From NCBI GenBank assembly GCA_951406725.2, contig OX597818.1:22568001-22632000 (forward strand): a DNA stretch of 64,000 bases, given 5' to 3'. This document shows, piece by piece, positions 13,559 through 26,917 of the stretch. The stretch comes from Octopus vulgaris (lineage: Eukaryota). A program made the position numbers and the translations under genes. A model generated the notes under the pieces. The model was not told where the DNA came from and ran no database searches. It saw only the letters and a list, made by a program, of their open reading frames with translations. How positions within the stretch are numbered: position 1 is the first letter of the stretch; every line of letters begins with the position of its first letter.

Positions 13559-14094
13559 GTCTGAGTGTATGTGTGTACATATGTGCGCGCGTGTGTGTGT
13601 ATGCGTGTGTGTGTGTATGCGTGTGTGTATGTGTGTGTATGTTTATGTATGCATCCCCACGTGACCGGTGTTCGGCCAAGCCTAACCTTTCTTGGTTTGG
13701 CCGCTGTCCGTGCAACATCTATATTCCCTGTGCCTGTGAAATCTTGTATCCCTGCCGTTAGGCTTAACTTCCACACACGCCAGCTTAATTTAATTCGTTC
13801 TTAGTCGAAAGACACCCGTTGTTATGTCTTGTTATTTGTATTTGTGTAACATTCTCTCTTTTTTGTTTCAAGGAATGTAATGCTCTTAGCTTTGTTTTTC
13901 CTTAGGGCTGGCCAGATTGGAGCAATCTCGAGGATAACCAGCCGAAATTGCAAAGATAATCTGGAACTCGACTGAGGAAAGAAAACTTCGAATGACCCGT
14001 CCTTGTTTTCTTTGTATCGTCTATCTGGATGTTTTGTTGTCCCTTTTTTGTATCACCTAACTGTCTAGATGTTTTACGTTGTTGTCCCATTCTG

Positions 14095-14155
<61 letters not shown>

Positions 14156-14156
<1 letters not shown>

Positions 14157-14853
14157 GAGGGTGAGTCAAAAAGTAATGTCATTTTGTTTAGGACAGGTAT
14201 AATTACCAGCGCAGGAACATGTATCATATATCAAAATGAAGCTGGTCTTCTGTGGATCACATCCCTACTTCTCAACATAGTTACCGTTTCTCTCAAGAGC
14301 AATGTTCCACCTTCGAATGAGAGCATGTATCCCTGCCCCATAAAATTTTGTTGACTGTCCTTTGAGCCACTTCTTCACTACAGTTTTTACTTCCTCGTCA
14401 CTGGAATAATGTTTGCCTCTCAGACCCTCTTTCATGGGACCGAAGAGATGATAGTCCAGTGACGATGATAGTGCAGTGACGAGGAAGTGAAAACTGTAGA
14501 GAAGAAGTGGCTCAAAGAACAGTCAACAGAATTTTATGGGGCAGGGATACATCACTTATTCGAAGGTGGAACATTGCTATTGAGAGAAATGGTAACTATG
14601 TCGAGAAGTAGGTTTGTGATCCACATGACATTACTCTTATAAACCTAAAACACAGCACTCTCCTTCATTCTTGCTCACTCTTCGCGTTACCCTCATTTCC
14701 TCTCTTCTTTTTCTTTCGCGCTTCGCTTTTCCTTACAACTACTCATGTGAAAGCGTTACAGACGGGCTAAGTAACAGAAAAAAAGAACTTAATTTTAAAA
14801 AAACTACGTATTTCACTCACCATCCATCTCCTCCCTCCCCTCCTATCACCCTC

Positions 14854-14854
<1 letters not shown>
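14156..14854. mobile_element. Mariner-derived fold-back element in (TA)n
   Basis: TA|CGAGGGTGAGTCAAAAAGTAATGTCA ... CACCCTCG|TA; internal ~150-bp inverted duplication of the transposase C-terminus (LFGPMKEGLRGKHYSSDEEVKTVVKKWL...RWNIALERNGNYVEK*). Confidence 0.85.
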
Positions 14855-14901
<47 letters not shown>

Positions 14902-15702
14902 CGTAGACAATACTATTTTCAACCGAGACCTTACAGCCGTATCTGTTCAAGTGCTTCAATTCTGTGTATGTACATATATTTACTCGATTGATAACATTTA
15001 TCAATGGTTTCTCTCATTATCTTGGTGCACCATTTTCTATCTTTAATAGAACTTATCATTTTTGACAACACGGAGATGCTAGTTAGTAAATAAAATAAAT
15101 AAAATTAGATAGGTTGGTGAGTGCACACGCACACATATTAACTGACAAACATCACATGTATGTCTTGAAAATGAAATTTGAAACCATGTGGCTAACTGCC
15201 AAACTGTTTGTCCGTTACAGATGTATCTGTTTGTCTTTAGTATCCAGTTTCTAAGTATTATCCTTGAAAATATTTTATTCCTTTGGTGGAACGAAATAGG
15301 ACGCCGTTTTGAAACTGAAAATTTCTGCTTTTGCAACCTCTTCAAACAACAGCGCTGCACTTAAGAAGAATGAAGTGAACGAAAAGTTGGTGCGCAATTA
15401 GAACGAGTGGATAAATTCTCTCTGATAGCGATGCCATAGAAACAATTTGCTCAAGAATCAACATCTGTTAGTGGCTTGAATTGGAAAATTACCGAAGACG
15501 TAGGATCAATGATACGTGACGAAACGGGTACACAGTTACCCGAACTAGCATATACACTGAAGGATTTGAATGAACAAAAGTACACTGAAATGAAAGCAAA
15601 GTTTCATAAAAGAAAATTTTCTTTTCTTTTATTTTACCTGATAAAAATCCAACAAGTGCAGTCACTCTATGAAAAGGGAAGATTTGGTATTATTTGGTAT
15701 TA

Positions 15703-15901
15703 TTATTAGTATACGCGTTAGCATTTCGCTAAATCATCCATAAATTTATATAGCAAATACATATATGTTGAATTAGCAGATCAACGGCCGTTCAAGCAGT
15801 CCTCAATGACGATGGTTACTGTCATAGGCAAAACTAGATCTAGTCTGGGGATCCTCGGGTCAGTCATGCACATGCATAGATGTATATATAAATAAGCGCA
15901 T
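15703..15901 (+). repeat. ~200-bp dispersed repeat (copy 2)
   Basis: Copy of 13358-13558; hammerhead GAAA reads AAAA here. Confidence 0.85.
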
Positions 15902-16332
15902 TGAAGGAAAGGAAATTACAAATTTCCAAAGATATATCTTTAGAGGAAGCAATACGACTACCTATAGTATCAGAGTGATAATATGGATGAAATAGCATTT
16001 TTTTTTTTACATGTTTAACAATAAAACAACTGAATTCATCGGTAAAAATGAAAAATAATATTCTAATGAAAAAGTGGATGTCACGAAAAGACTAATCTCA
16101 ACTTCGTGTTCAGCAACTTCAGAGACAGAAAGAACCAAATAAAATTGATCTTTTATTTTTCAACATGTTTCAGTCATTAGACTGCAGCCATTCTGGGTCA
16201 CTTCTCTGAAATGGTTTTGTCGAACACAGTGCTTGGGGTTTTCTGGGGTTTTTTTCTTTTTAAATCTAGTACTTTTCGGTTTCTGTTGTAGTCGAGGGGT
16301 GGGGACGTTGCTGACAAACATAAATACTCTCT

Positions 16333-16366
<34 letters not shown>

Positions 16367-16408
16367 TACGCACACACACACACATACGCACACACACACA
16401 CTCACATA

Positions 16409-16600
16409 CGAGGAGATGCTGAAAAGTTCCTGATTCTAAGGGTATCTCAAAAGGCCTGGTTTACAGGGCTTAGAAAAACTGAATCACCGCTGCAATAAGT
16501 GTGTGAATCTGATAGGGAAATATGCTGAATAAAATCATAATTAACTGATCCTCCTGAATTTTCTTTTACCCAAAACGAGGAACTTTTCAGCATCCCCTCG
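16409..16600 (+). mobile_element. Mariner MITE
   Basis: TA|CGAGGAGATGCTGAAAAGTTCCT ... AGGAACTTTTCAGCATCCCCTCG|TA; retains GLEKLNHRCNKCVNLIGKYAE* C-terminus. Confidence 0.88.
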
Positions 16601-16879
16601 TATATATACAATGCGCTGCCATACAGATTCTGTTTACCAAATTCACTAACAAGGAACTGATCAGCTTGGAGTTATAGTAGAAATCACTTTCCTAAGGTGT
16701 CACGCTATGGGATTAAACCCGAAATCGCATGGTTGCAAAGTGAACTTCTGAACCACTCAGCCATAATATCTGAACCTATAAACAAAATTAAATCGGACTG
16801 CCATGACCATAATTCAAACCTGGATTGCTACGGCCACTTACTCAACTGTTTATATTTTTAAACGGAAAACAATGCCAAA

Positions 16880-17048
16880 CAGGATCTAAGTTGATTATAT
16901 CGACCACAGTGTTCAATTATTTTATCGACCCCGGAAGGATAAAAGATAATGTTGACCTCGGTGGAATTTGAACTCAAAACATAAAGACGGACTAAATGCC
17001 GCTAAGTATTTTGCCCGCGTGGTAACGATTCTGCCAGCTCGCCGGCTT
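16880..17048 (-). mobile_element. SINE family A fragment
   Basis: TTTATCGACCCCGGAAGGAT...GAATTTGAACTC...CTGCCAGCTCGCC. Confidence 0.8.
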
Positions 17049-17344
17049 TCCGCCCAGTAAATAATATCAATAAGCAATTCGAACAAAACAATAGTATAAG
17101 TACAATAATTGGAGGATGTTCAAAGTCTTTGCTTCCGCCTCATGTAAACCTCGATGTAAGCTTATATAAGTATTTTGGAGACAATATTTGTTTGGAATGG
17201 AACAAATATATGGTTGATAGAAAACTGTTATTTCCAAAGGCGGTAACGAGGGTGTTGGACCCTAGATATGTTGTGAGATTTTGTGATAAAGCCTTGGAAC
17301 TACGAACATGGAAAAATAATTCTATTATAATTCTGCTTGTTCCT

Positions 17345-17840
17345 CCGTTACTCAGCCCGTTCGCAACGTTTCCACGTGGTTGGTTGAAGGAGGGAGAACG
17401 GGGAGGGAAGGGAGTGGGGAGGGGAGAGGGAGAGAGGTGGGAGGAGACAGGATGGGATGGAAAGGAGACGGGATGGGATGGGAAGGAGAGAGAAGAAAAG
17501 TGGGGAGAGGAAGGGGATAGGAGGGGAGGGAGATGGGTGGTGAGTGAAATGCGTAGTTTTTAAAAAATTAAGTTCTTTTTCTCTGTTACTTAGCCCGTCT
17601 GTAACGCTTTCACATGAGTAGTTGTACGGAGAAGCGAAGAGCGAAAGAAAAAGGAGAGAGGAAATGAGCGTAACGCGAAGAGTGAGCAAGAAAGAGGGAT
17701 AGTGCTGTGTATTAGGTCTATAAAATTGGGCATAAAGTATATAAAATGTATATATAAGTGCACTAAGTAATCAGCGTATTCCAATTTCCTTCACTTTTCA
17801 ATAATTAGCAGGCACAGACACGACACAGGCTACGCTTTCA
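17345..17840. repeat. Unclassified dispersed repeat; 17520-17720 is reverse-complementary to 14640-14845
   Basis: Shared segment visible as near-identical ORFs 14671(+) and 17689(-). Confidence 0.7.
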
Positions 17841-18875
17841 GGTATTTTGGATGAAATTTTCAGAAATAACCCAATAAGTTTACCATTAATTTCGTGAAAT
17901 ATTCAAGGGTTCCGCTAGTAAAAATAAATCGACGTATTTCAAATGCAACGAAATAGAGAAAAAGACAGTTTGTTGAAGCAAGAAAGCGATGAAGAGGAGT
18001 GCAACTAAGTTCCCAAAGAAGTCTTAACATCAAGCTATTCATTTCTGTAAATCGATTTTTTTTCTACATCAGATAACGAACAGTAATTTACATCGAGGTT
18101 TTGAAAAATTTCAAAATTTAATCATAAATGTTTTTATTATCAATAAAATGTAACTTTTAAGCATAATTAAACTTGAGAAAATATTTATGATTTAAGGTTT
18201 TAAAATGACAGTATCATATCTAAAGTTTTAATTATCAATAAAATATCTTTTAAGCAACGTTTATTTAAGAGCTGTATCATATAATAGATTCAGTGCATCT
18301 ATTCTCAATAAACTGCTCTTCTTTATCATTAAATTGTCATTAGTCTTGTAGTGTATGATATACGTTATCTTTCTATATAGTTAAGAAATTGCGATACAGC
18401 AGCCACATACAAAACATACAAGTCTTACTCATTAACTAAATGTAAATATTACTTTCCGTGACACACATTAATCATAAATGCAACGAATTTTCATGTGAAT
18501 TCATTATTGTATCTTGAAATTGCTCAGATAACACGCATATTGTTATTGTCTGATTTGGTTGTTTGGCTTCAGTTGTGTTCCCGCCAGTATTTACAGTCGA
18601 TATATGAACTGTTGGAAACAGAGCGTACTTTTATGCTTCAATAAACTGGATTATTGTTATTATATTACATCACCAATAACCTATCTGTTAATTATATTAA
18701 ATATGGCTACTGAACTCACGCTTTAATTCGAAATAAAGTGGGGAGCAAGCAACTGTCTGGGGCTTTTCTCCATTTCTTTTTCCCTCGGAAGTAAAGATTC
18801 ATATTTTATTCCCGACGCCTTGTTTTAGAGATATTTTCTAGGTCTAAAAAGTTGATTTGAATACCGCAATTTATG

Positions 18876-18952
<77 letters not shown>

Positions 18953-19026
18953 CCTACCTACCTACCTACCTACCTACCTACATACCTACCTACCTACCTA
19001 TCTATCTATCTATCTATCTATCTATG

Positions 19027-19119
<93 letters not shown>

Positions 19120-19185
19120 GTCTGTCTGTCTATCTGTCTGTCTGTCTGTCTGTCTGCCTGTCTGCCTGTCTGTCTGCCTGCCTTA
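18876..19185. repeat. (TCTA)n/(CCTA)n/(TCTG)n compound microsatellite
   Basis: Direct reading. Confidence 0.95.
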
Positions 19186-19204
19186 TTATCTCCCTATCTT
19201 TCTG

Positions 19205-19555
19205 CCCAGTGTAAACTTAACATACCTGATAGTTATTTGTGATAGCAAAGAAAAGTTATGTACGGTTATTGTGATTAGCTGCTCTGCAAATGAAAAACAA
19301 CTCTTCCAAAATTAGCGAGAAGGAGAATATCTATTGACAACTGTTGATAAACCGGCAGCACCTCAACCTTGATTAGAAAATTTCAATCATACCAATAATC
19401 ATTGTTGTATTCGGTTATGTTAGTAAATACTTAAACCTCCTGAAGAAACTAGGATTTTCAAGCAACGAGAGAATTCAGCCAGCACAAACTTCACAAATAC
19501 AGTCTGTGAGAAGAATAGTAAAAATGTGCAAGACTTTCTTAAAGTTTGACTTCTA
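19205..19555 (+). mobile_element. RLE non-LTR retrotransposon 3' fragment (decayed)
   Basis: LIVICDSKEKLCTVIVISCSAN..SEKENIY..IIPIIIVVFGYV..KLGF..QIQSVRRIVKMCKTFLKV*. Confidence 0.7.
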
Positions 19556-19689
19556 ATGATTGTCGCAATTGTTATCCAAGCTCCAATGACGGAACTTTTG
19601 TTTCTTTGTGAGAAATCAGCTCACTCCTTCTCGAGAGCATACTAATAAATATAAAGAAGGAAATGACATACACACATACATACATGATT

Positions 19690-20315
19690 GTAAAACGATC
19701 AAGAAATACATGCCCGTCTAGTAACATGTCTATAAAATGGCCGGACTATATCTTTGACGAGGAGTATTTAAGAATGGATAAAGATATAGCCTATGATGGA
19801 ACTTGTAATAAGAATAAAAAAGAATATGGATGAGAAAATATGGCCCTCAGAGATTGTCATATTTTTGTGGAAGGCATCACACATGTTGATTAACACCTGC
19901 CCCAAAATATTATCCCTATGTGCCATGACATAGTCGCAAAAGCAAATATACAATGTAATTCGCAAAAAAATATTATCCTGGAATAAATGCAGAGAATCTA
20001 TTATCGAATAGATACACAAACAACAACACAAGGAATACAAGATAAAGTCAAAGCTGTCAGTTGTTCTGGCGCGAATATCTCTTTGAAAATCAAAGAGAAA
20101 TGGGATGACTATGAATCACTGCTTCGAAACCTCCGCTGCAGTGTTCAGATTATAACTTCACACTTATACTACTAATAATAATAATTGGTGAACTTGGTTT
20201 TGTGAGCAAATGCCTCAGTGACAATCTAGAAACGAAAACTAATTCGCACATTACGAATATAATCTGTAAGTGAAAGAGTAAAAATATGAAAGACTTTTCT
20301 CAAGTTTAAAATGTG
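19690..20315 (+). mobile_element. RLE non-LTR retrotransposon 3' fragment (decayed)
   Basis: HMLINTCPK..CHDIVAKAIYNVIRKK..VSCSGANISLKIKEKWDDYESLLRNL..IIIGELGFVSKCL..VKI*KTFLKF. Confidence 0.72.
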
Positions 20316-20472
20316 ATATTGCTTTCGTTATCTACATCTCAATGATGTTAGAAACCAGTTCCTTCTTCAAAAGAAGAATTTGAATGAAACAAAAGAGACC
20401 ATACATACATACATACATACATACATACATACATACATACATACATACATACATACATACATACATACATTC

Positions 20473-20787
20473 TGTTATGACGTGGGTATACACGTCTGGT
20501 GTGAAATGGTATAACACAAATAGTTGGCTGTGTTTATCTAAAAATAACTTAACGCAGATATTAACACAGAACGAACTCCGCATTACTCGAACGTAGGCAT
20601 GATACTCAGTATTTACTGTCCAACTACCGACTGTTAAACCAACATACGTCGAACTAACACGATTAACCAACACGGTCGAATTAACACTGTCAACTACCCA
20701 TCCCTGATTGTCCACTCAGTTCTTATCTATTGTAATTGGTTAGTCCACATTCAATCACGTGGGGGTGTTCAGGATTCTCCCATAACA
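20473..20787. mobile_element. Solo LTR
   Basis: Termini TGTTATG...CATAACA, 5-bp TSD CATTC/CATAC (one mismatch), inserted in (TACA)n. Confidence 0.7.
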
Positions 20788-20814
20788 CATACATACATGC
20801 ATTTTATTTAATTT

Positions 20815-21045
20815 GCTTTGCGGGAAGGACTGTTTCAACGAAGTTGTGTATTGTCCTTGCCTTCGGAACACTGAGTAGTTGAAATAGGGACAACTAAAGA
20901 AGGGGAATATTCTTTATGTTGCATGTCTCGTTTCTCTGTTTGTTTTTTTTTCGTTGTCCAAAAAAAAGTTCGTTTCTTTGCTTTTGTTTTTATGTTTTCG
21001 TTTCTCATTGTGTTCAACGTTTTTTTTATTTCCTGTACCCATATA
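20815..21045 (+). repeat. Short T-rich dispersed repeat related to 63425-63641 (possible Penelope pseudo-LTR)
   Basis: Shared GAAGGA(C/T)TG..CCTTCG(G/A)AACAC..GAAGGGGAATATTCTTT..TTTTTATGTTTTCGTTTCTC..TCCTGTAC. Confidence 0.7.
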
Positions 21046-21112
21046 TGCATGTATATATACATATATATGTAGGTATGTACATATGCATGTATTTATATAT
21101 TATTTATATTAC

Positions 21113-21143
<31 letters not shown>

Positions 21144-21174
21144 CATACATACATACATACATACATGCATGCAT

Positions 21175-21275
21175 AAACTTGGGATTTTCGGGAGGGAATG
21201 GAAATCCTTAATTAATATGCTATAAAAGATCACAATATCTGGAACTATAAAAACGTGCAAGACTTTCTTAAGACA
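21175..21275 (+). mobile_element. Short 3' fragment of the same RLE family
   Basis: LGFSG..ITISGTIKTCKTFLK directly after (TACA)n. Confidence 0.55.
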
Positions 21276-22002
21276 CTTTCCTTAATAACCTTGCTACCAA
21301 GCATGTCACAGGTCAAAATTTATTCTAAAATTCAAATGAGAAAGAACATACGTAGATACGTACGAACTTACATACGTACGCACACATCTACATACATACA
21401 AACATACATACGCACATACGCATCCATCCATCCATACACTCACCCATCCATCTATCCGTCCGTTGATTCATCCATCCATCCATCCATCCATTCATTCGCA
21501 CATCCATCCATACATCCACCAATACATCTATCTATACGTAGATATTTTTGAGAGCAGCTGCATATTTGGCGTGGGACACTAATAATTGAATTTCCGATGA
21601 TTTCTATCTGCAACGTAAATGTGACTAGTACCAGCCTTGTTAAAAAATAACTGGTTATTTTTTTTTTATCATATTCATTAAATGACTGCTTTTATTCCAG
21701 ATTGCAGTGGTATTCGACTGAAACTTGAATTTACCATGCAGGAATTTATTACGAACAATATGGCCGAATATGACGATAGTATCAAGAACATTGGTGAAGA
21801 ACCGAGAAAAACAACTTCAAGACAATTAATAGAACTGAAAATATGTAAAACATTTTAGAATTTAGTATGTATTAAGCGTACATACACATGCACAGAAATA
21901 CAAACATATGTATGCTTCTATATAACGACCCGAAGCATATAATTCTACTTGTGTAATAACATCCATGCTTGCACACTTAAATAAGAGTGTACAGATAGAC
22001 AA

Positions 22003-22418
22003 GGCGGCGAGCTGGCAGAAACGTTAGCACGCCGGGCGAAATGCTTATTGGTATTTCGTCTGGCGCTACGTTCTGAGTTCAAATTCCGCCGAGGTCGACT
22101 TTGCCTTTCATTCTATCGGGGCCGATAATTTAAGTACCAGTTACGCACTGAGGTCAATGAAATCGACTTAATCTCTTTGTCTGTCCTTGTCTGTCCCCTC
22201 TGTGTTTAGCCCCTTGTGGGCAGTAAAGAAATAGGTATTTCGTCTGGCGTTACGTTCTGAGTTCAAATTCCGCCGAGGTCGACTTTGCCTTTCATCCTTT
22301 CGGGGTCGATAAATTAAGTACCAGTTACTCACTGGGGTCGATGTAATCGACTTAATCTCTTTGTCTGTCCTTATTTGTCCCTTCTATGTTTAGCCCCTTG
22401 TGGGTAATAAAGAAATAA
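22003..22418 (+). mobile_element. SINE family A, tandem dimer
   Basis: Head plus repeated unit; TSD AGATAGACA. Confidence 0.9.
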
Positions 22419-22473
22419 GATAGACAGACATATACACACACACACACACACTCGCACGCACACACACACTCAC

Positions 22474-22504
<31 letters not shown>

Positions 22505-23109
22505 TGTATGTATGTATGTGTGTGTGCGTGTGCGTGTGCATGTGCGTGTGTGTGTGTGTGTGTTAGGTTAGTCTTAGTGCTACTGGTAATATGTTATCCA
22601 GTACAACCTGTCGTATGGTTGGGCAATTGGCGACAAAGCTGGCAACTCTATCAAGCTTGCTTGGTAAGGAGGATTGTTTTCGTTTGATGCTTCGCAAAAC
22701 CTGCCAAAGGACGGATGAACTCAATAGAGTCAATAGCCAACCAACAGCTAGAAGTGAGAGATCCCCAGAATCTTTATTTAAACATCTCTCCAGGAAGAAA
22801 TTCCGAAACAACACCCGCTTCATTGCGAAGCCGGAGATCTTGCTATTTCATGTTTCTGGATTACTTGGTTTGTAGGTGAGACACTTAGCGGTGTTGTGCA
22901 AGCTATTATCGACTTTAAATTTCAGCACAGGCATTCTTGACAGCTATTGAATAAGGCAATTAGTCAGTGATGGCCATAGTTGTCTGCATGTTGACAGCCG
23001 CTAAGTATAACGGTAGTGGTGCGACATTTGCAGCTCTATGTATCGACGCAAATAACATAGTCACAACAGCAACTAAACCATAATATACGTACTATATCAG
23101 ACGAACTGA

Positions 23110-23123
23110 ATTTCATGCACGCA

Positions 23124-23160
<37 letters not shown>

Positions 23161-23217
23161 TGTATGCGTGTGGGCATGTGAAGGTGCGAGCGTGGCCTAG
23201 TAATCTCATGCCCACAC

Positions 23218-23276
<59 letters not shown>

Positions 23277-23475
23277 GCGTGTGGGCATGTGAAGGTGCGA
23301 GCGTGGCCTAGTAATCTCATGCACGCGTCACACACACACATACACACTCACACACACACATGTACGCGTGTGGGCATGTGAAGGTGCGAGCGTGGCCTAG
23401 TAATCTCATGCACGCACCACACACACACACACACACACACACATGTATGCGTGTCGGCATGTGAAGGTGCGAGCA
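23110..23475. repeat. Minisatellite: 4 copies of a ~55-bp unit separated by variable (CA)n
   Basis: Unit TGCGTGTGGGCATGTGAAGGTGCGAGCGTGGCCTAGTAATCTCATGC; last copy truncated. Confidence 0.9.
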
Positions 23476-23646
23476 TGACATGACAGTCTATTAGTTAAGG
23501 TGAGCGTTTCATTTGATAAGGTGGCTTCTATTCCTGAACGGAATGGTGCATTGTGTCATTAAGCAACGATTTCATTTTGCATTGCTCCTGTGTACTAAGC
23601 TGAGCGTTCTGTTGGGTCGAAGGTATAAGAGATGAAGGAGTCTCCA

Positions 23647-25170
23647 CGAGGTGCATCCAAGAAGTTTTGAAACTTCTTAGAGGATACTGTTATAACAGTC
23701 CTAGATTAATATAATTTTAGTATATCATTACTATACATCCAATAAGCTGACATGCCACATATTGTTATTCCAGACTGATGGAGACGGCTGTAGCAGCACT
23801 TTGGACACACTCTACTTAAACACTGCTTGTCACAGTTGACTGGTTTGCAGAATGCAGTCGGCACGTGAAGACATTGTTGAACTGGGCAACAAAAAAAAAA
23901 TGCTATAGGAAGTTATGAAATGCTTCAGACAGCTTATGGGTTAATTTGTAAGAGCCAAGCAGTTGTTTTTCACTGGTAGAAAAAGAGGTTCAAGAAGAAG
24001 GCGTCGAGCTGGCAGAAACGTTTGCACGCCGGGCGAAATGCTTACCCGTATTTCGTCTGCCGCTACGTTCTGAGTTCAAATTCCGCCCAGGTCGACTTTG
24101 CCTTTCATCCTTTCGGGGTCGATTAAATAAATAAGTACCAGTTACGGACTGGAGTCGATATAATCGACTTAATCCGTTTGGCAGGCCTTGTTTGTCCCTT
24201 CTGTGTTTAGCCCCTTGTGGGTAGTAAAGAAATAGGTATTTCGTCTGGCGTTACGTTCTGAGTTCAAATTCCGCCGAAGTCGAATTTGCCTTTCATCCTT
24301 TCGGGGTCGATTAAATAAATAAGTACCAGTTACGGACTGGGGTCGATATAATCGACTTAATCCGTTTGGCAGTCCTTGTTTGTCCCTTCTGCATTTAGCC
24401 CCTTGTGGGTAGTAAATAAATAGGTATTTCGTCTGCCGTTACGTTCTGAGTTCAAATTCAGCCGAGGTCAACTTTGCCTTTCATCCTTTCGGGATCAATA
24501 AATTAAATACCAGTTACGCACTGGGGTCGATGTAATCGACTTAATCCCTTTGTCTGTCCTTGTTTGTCCCCTCTATGTTTAGCCCCTTGTGGACAATAAA
24601 GAAATAAGAAGTGGTTCAAGGACGGTAGAGAGGAAGTGAGTGACGATGAGTGGTGTGGGTGGGAGGGGGGACGTCAGAACATCAGAGCTGGTTGGGAAAA
24701 TTCGGAATTGTCTCGATGAAGACCGTCATGTGTCTATAAAGACAGCATACAGTTTGGAGTTGGTGTGGCAACTGTGCATCGAATTATTCATGAAGATCTG
24801 AACGTGTACAAAATTTGTGCAACTTTTATTTCCTGGCTGCTCGGTGATGAGCATCCTGGTAACTAACTACTTGACAGAGATGGGCATCAGAATTGTCCCC
24901 CACTCTCCCTACAGTCAAGTCCTTTCTCCCTAAGACTTTTGGTTGCTTCTCAAGTTGAAAGAGAACCTCAGGAGCCAGTCATTTTGAAGATGACGGAAGG
25001 TGTGACAAAAGTCCTGACCACCTTCATTTCGGAGGGCATCCATGGGGCCTTTATGAAGTGGATGGAGTGCTACAACAAGTGCATTGAGGATTCTATTGTC
25101 AAGGAGATTTTTGTTCCCTTTTGATAAACATGTCTCCCTGAAAAAGTCTGGAAACATATGGATGCTACGT
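23647..25170 (+). mobile_element. Decayed mariner element interrupted by a SINE trimer
   Basis: YEMLQTAYG..VVFHW..RFK / WFKDGREEVSDDE..LDEDRHVSI..VHRIIHEDLNVYKICA / IVPHSPYSQVLSP*DFWL..KLK / KWMECYNKCI; degenerate TIRs CGAGGTGCATCC and GGATGCTACG. Confidence 0.8.
24000..24607 (+). mobile_element. SINE family A, tandem trimer
   Basis: Head plus two repeated units; imperfect TSD AAG(A/T)GGTTCAAG. Confidence 0.9.
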
Positions 25171-25521
25171 ATGTGCTTGCCCTCGACTACATAGATACCC
25201 AGAGCAATTAGCTAAAGCATGGTACATACTACGAAGTCATATCGCTTGCAAACGACGACATTCGTACCAAATACACTCCCCCACCACACACATTCGTCTA
25301 AAAAGTTATAAGATTTGAAAAACACTTTGTTAAAGTTCAAAATGATTAATAATGTAAAGTGTTTTTCTTTCTTTTTATATATAAAAGCAGATTAACACAG
25401 CACCGATGAAAGACAGAAATTTTGAGTAAGCACTTTCGCTTACTCAAAGATTTATGGAATTTTGATTTTTAACTAAACCTTTTTACAAACATACACCCCC
25501 ACATGCATACATACATACATG

Positions 25522-25599
<78 letters not shown>

Positions 25600-25792
25600 G
25601 ATAGATAGATACATACATACATACATATAATATATATATATATATATATACATACATACATACATACATCCATATATACATACATACATACATACATACA
25701 TGCATGCATAGATACATACATACATACATACATACATACATACATGCATGCATACATACATACATACATACATACATACATACATACATACA

Positions 25793-25823
<31 letters not shown>

Positions 25824-25829
25824 TTTGAT

Positions 25830-26013
25830 TGATCACTAAAACTTTTTCTATTTTCTATTTTCTCTCCCTGTTTATTTCTGTGTTCCTTTCTATCGAAGAG
25901 CGTAGGCTCGAAATGTAAAAGACTTTCTCACTTCCCGAGCGTTAAACTAATACATCCGTTTGTTGTTTACCCACCCGTCTTCGTCTTTTGTTTTTTTGTA
26001 GATTCTCACTATA
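25830..26013 (+). repeat. ~200-bp microsatellite-embedded repeat with hammerhead-like motif (copy 1 of 3)
   Basis: CTTT-CTATCGA-A-GAGC gtag GCTC-GAAA-TG-TA-AAAG at 25886-25921; minus copies at 33523 and 36821. Confidence 0.8.
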
Positions 26014-26093
26014 CACACACACACACACACACACATATATTTATATGTATATATATATATATATATACATACAACATACATTCATTCATACAT

Positions 26094-26156
<63 letters not shown>

Positions 26157-26634
26157 TATATATACATAGAGAGAGAGACATGGAGACAGAAGTACACAGT
26201 ATCGTGCACACAAATTGATACAATGTAATACATTCAGATACACTAACATACATGCACATACACACACGCGCAAACACACACATGCACACACACACACACA
26301 CACGCACCCGCAATGAAATGCCTGCTGGATGAATACGTAATATTAAATGTGCGTTCGTGCAGTTAATGTAGTAAGTTAATAAATATTAATTAGAATTACA
26401 CCTTCTCTCCATAGTACTGAGAACAATCAATTAATAAACATCTAATTCTATCAAGAAAAGCTAGGGGTGACAACTTCGAAATTTTATTTAATTCAAGTAT
26501 ACTCTGACTAACAATGATAGGCTCATGCGCTCAAACTGAAAAAAGACAACATCAAACAGCTGGATTCATTTAGAGGCAAATAGATACTTGCATACCTACC
26601 CTACCACCAACACACATGTATCTATGTATCTATG

Positions 26635-26674
<40 letters not shown>

Positions 26675-26756
26675 TGTTGAGGGAGAGGGAAAGGGAGAGA
26701 GAGGGAGAGAGAGAGACAGAGGGAGAGAGAGAAAGAGATAGAAAAGAGAAGAGAGA

Positions 26757-26858
26757 GTATCTGACAACTGGACAGATGTATACACACACACACACACACA
26801 ACATATAGAAATATCAGACAGCTGGAGGATATATACATATATATACACATATACACAA

Positions 26859-26917
<59 letters not shown>

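Noticed and set aside
13965-14005. CTGAGGA-AAG aaaa CTT-CGAAT hammerhead-like stretch
   Set aside because: GAAA box broken and no stem I
21690-21860. Acceptor-like TTTTATTCCAG followed by a ~50-codon open frame
   Set aside because: No good donor and no recognisable protein similarity
22561-23057. Possible solo LTR (TGTTA...TAACA)
   Set aside because: No TSD and no second copy in the window
23110-23475. CRISPR-like repeat-spacer appearance (also 26757-27370)
   Set aside because: Eukaryotic context, spacers are microsatellites, no cas genes; these are minisatellites
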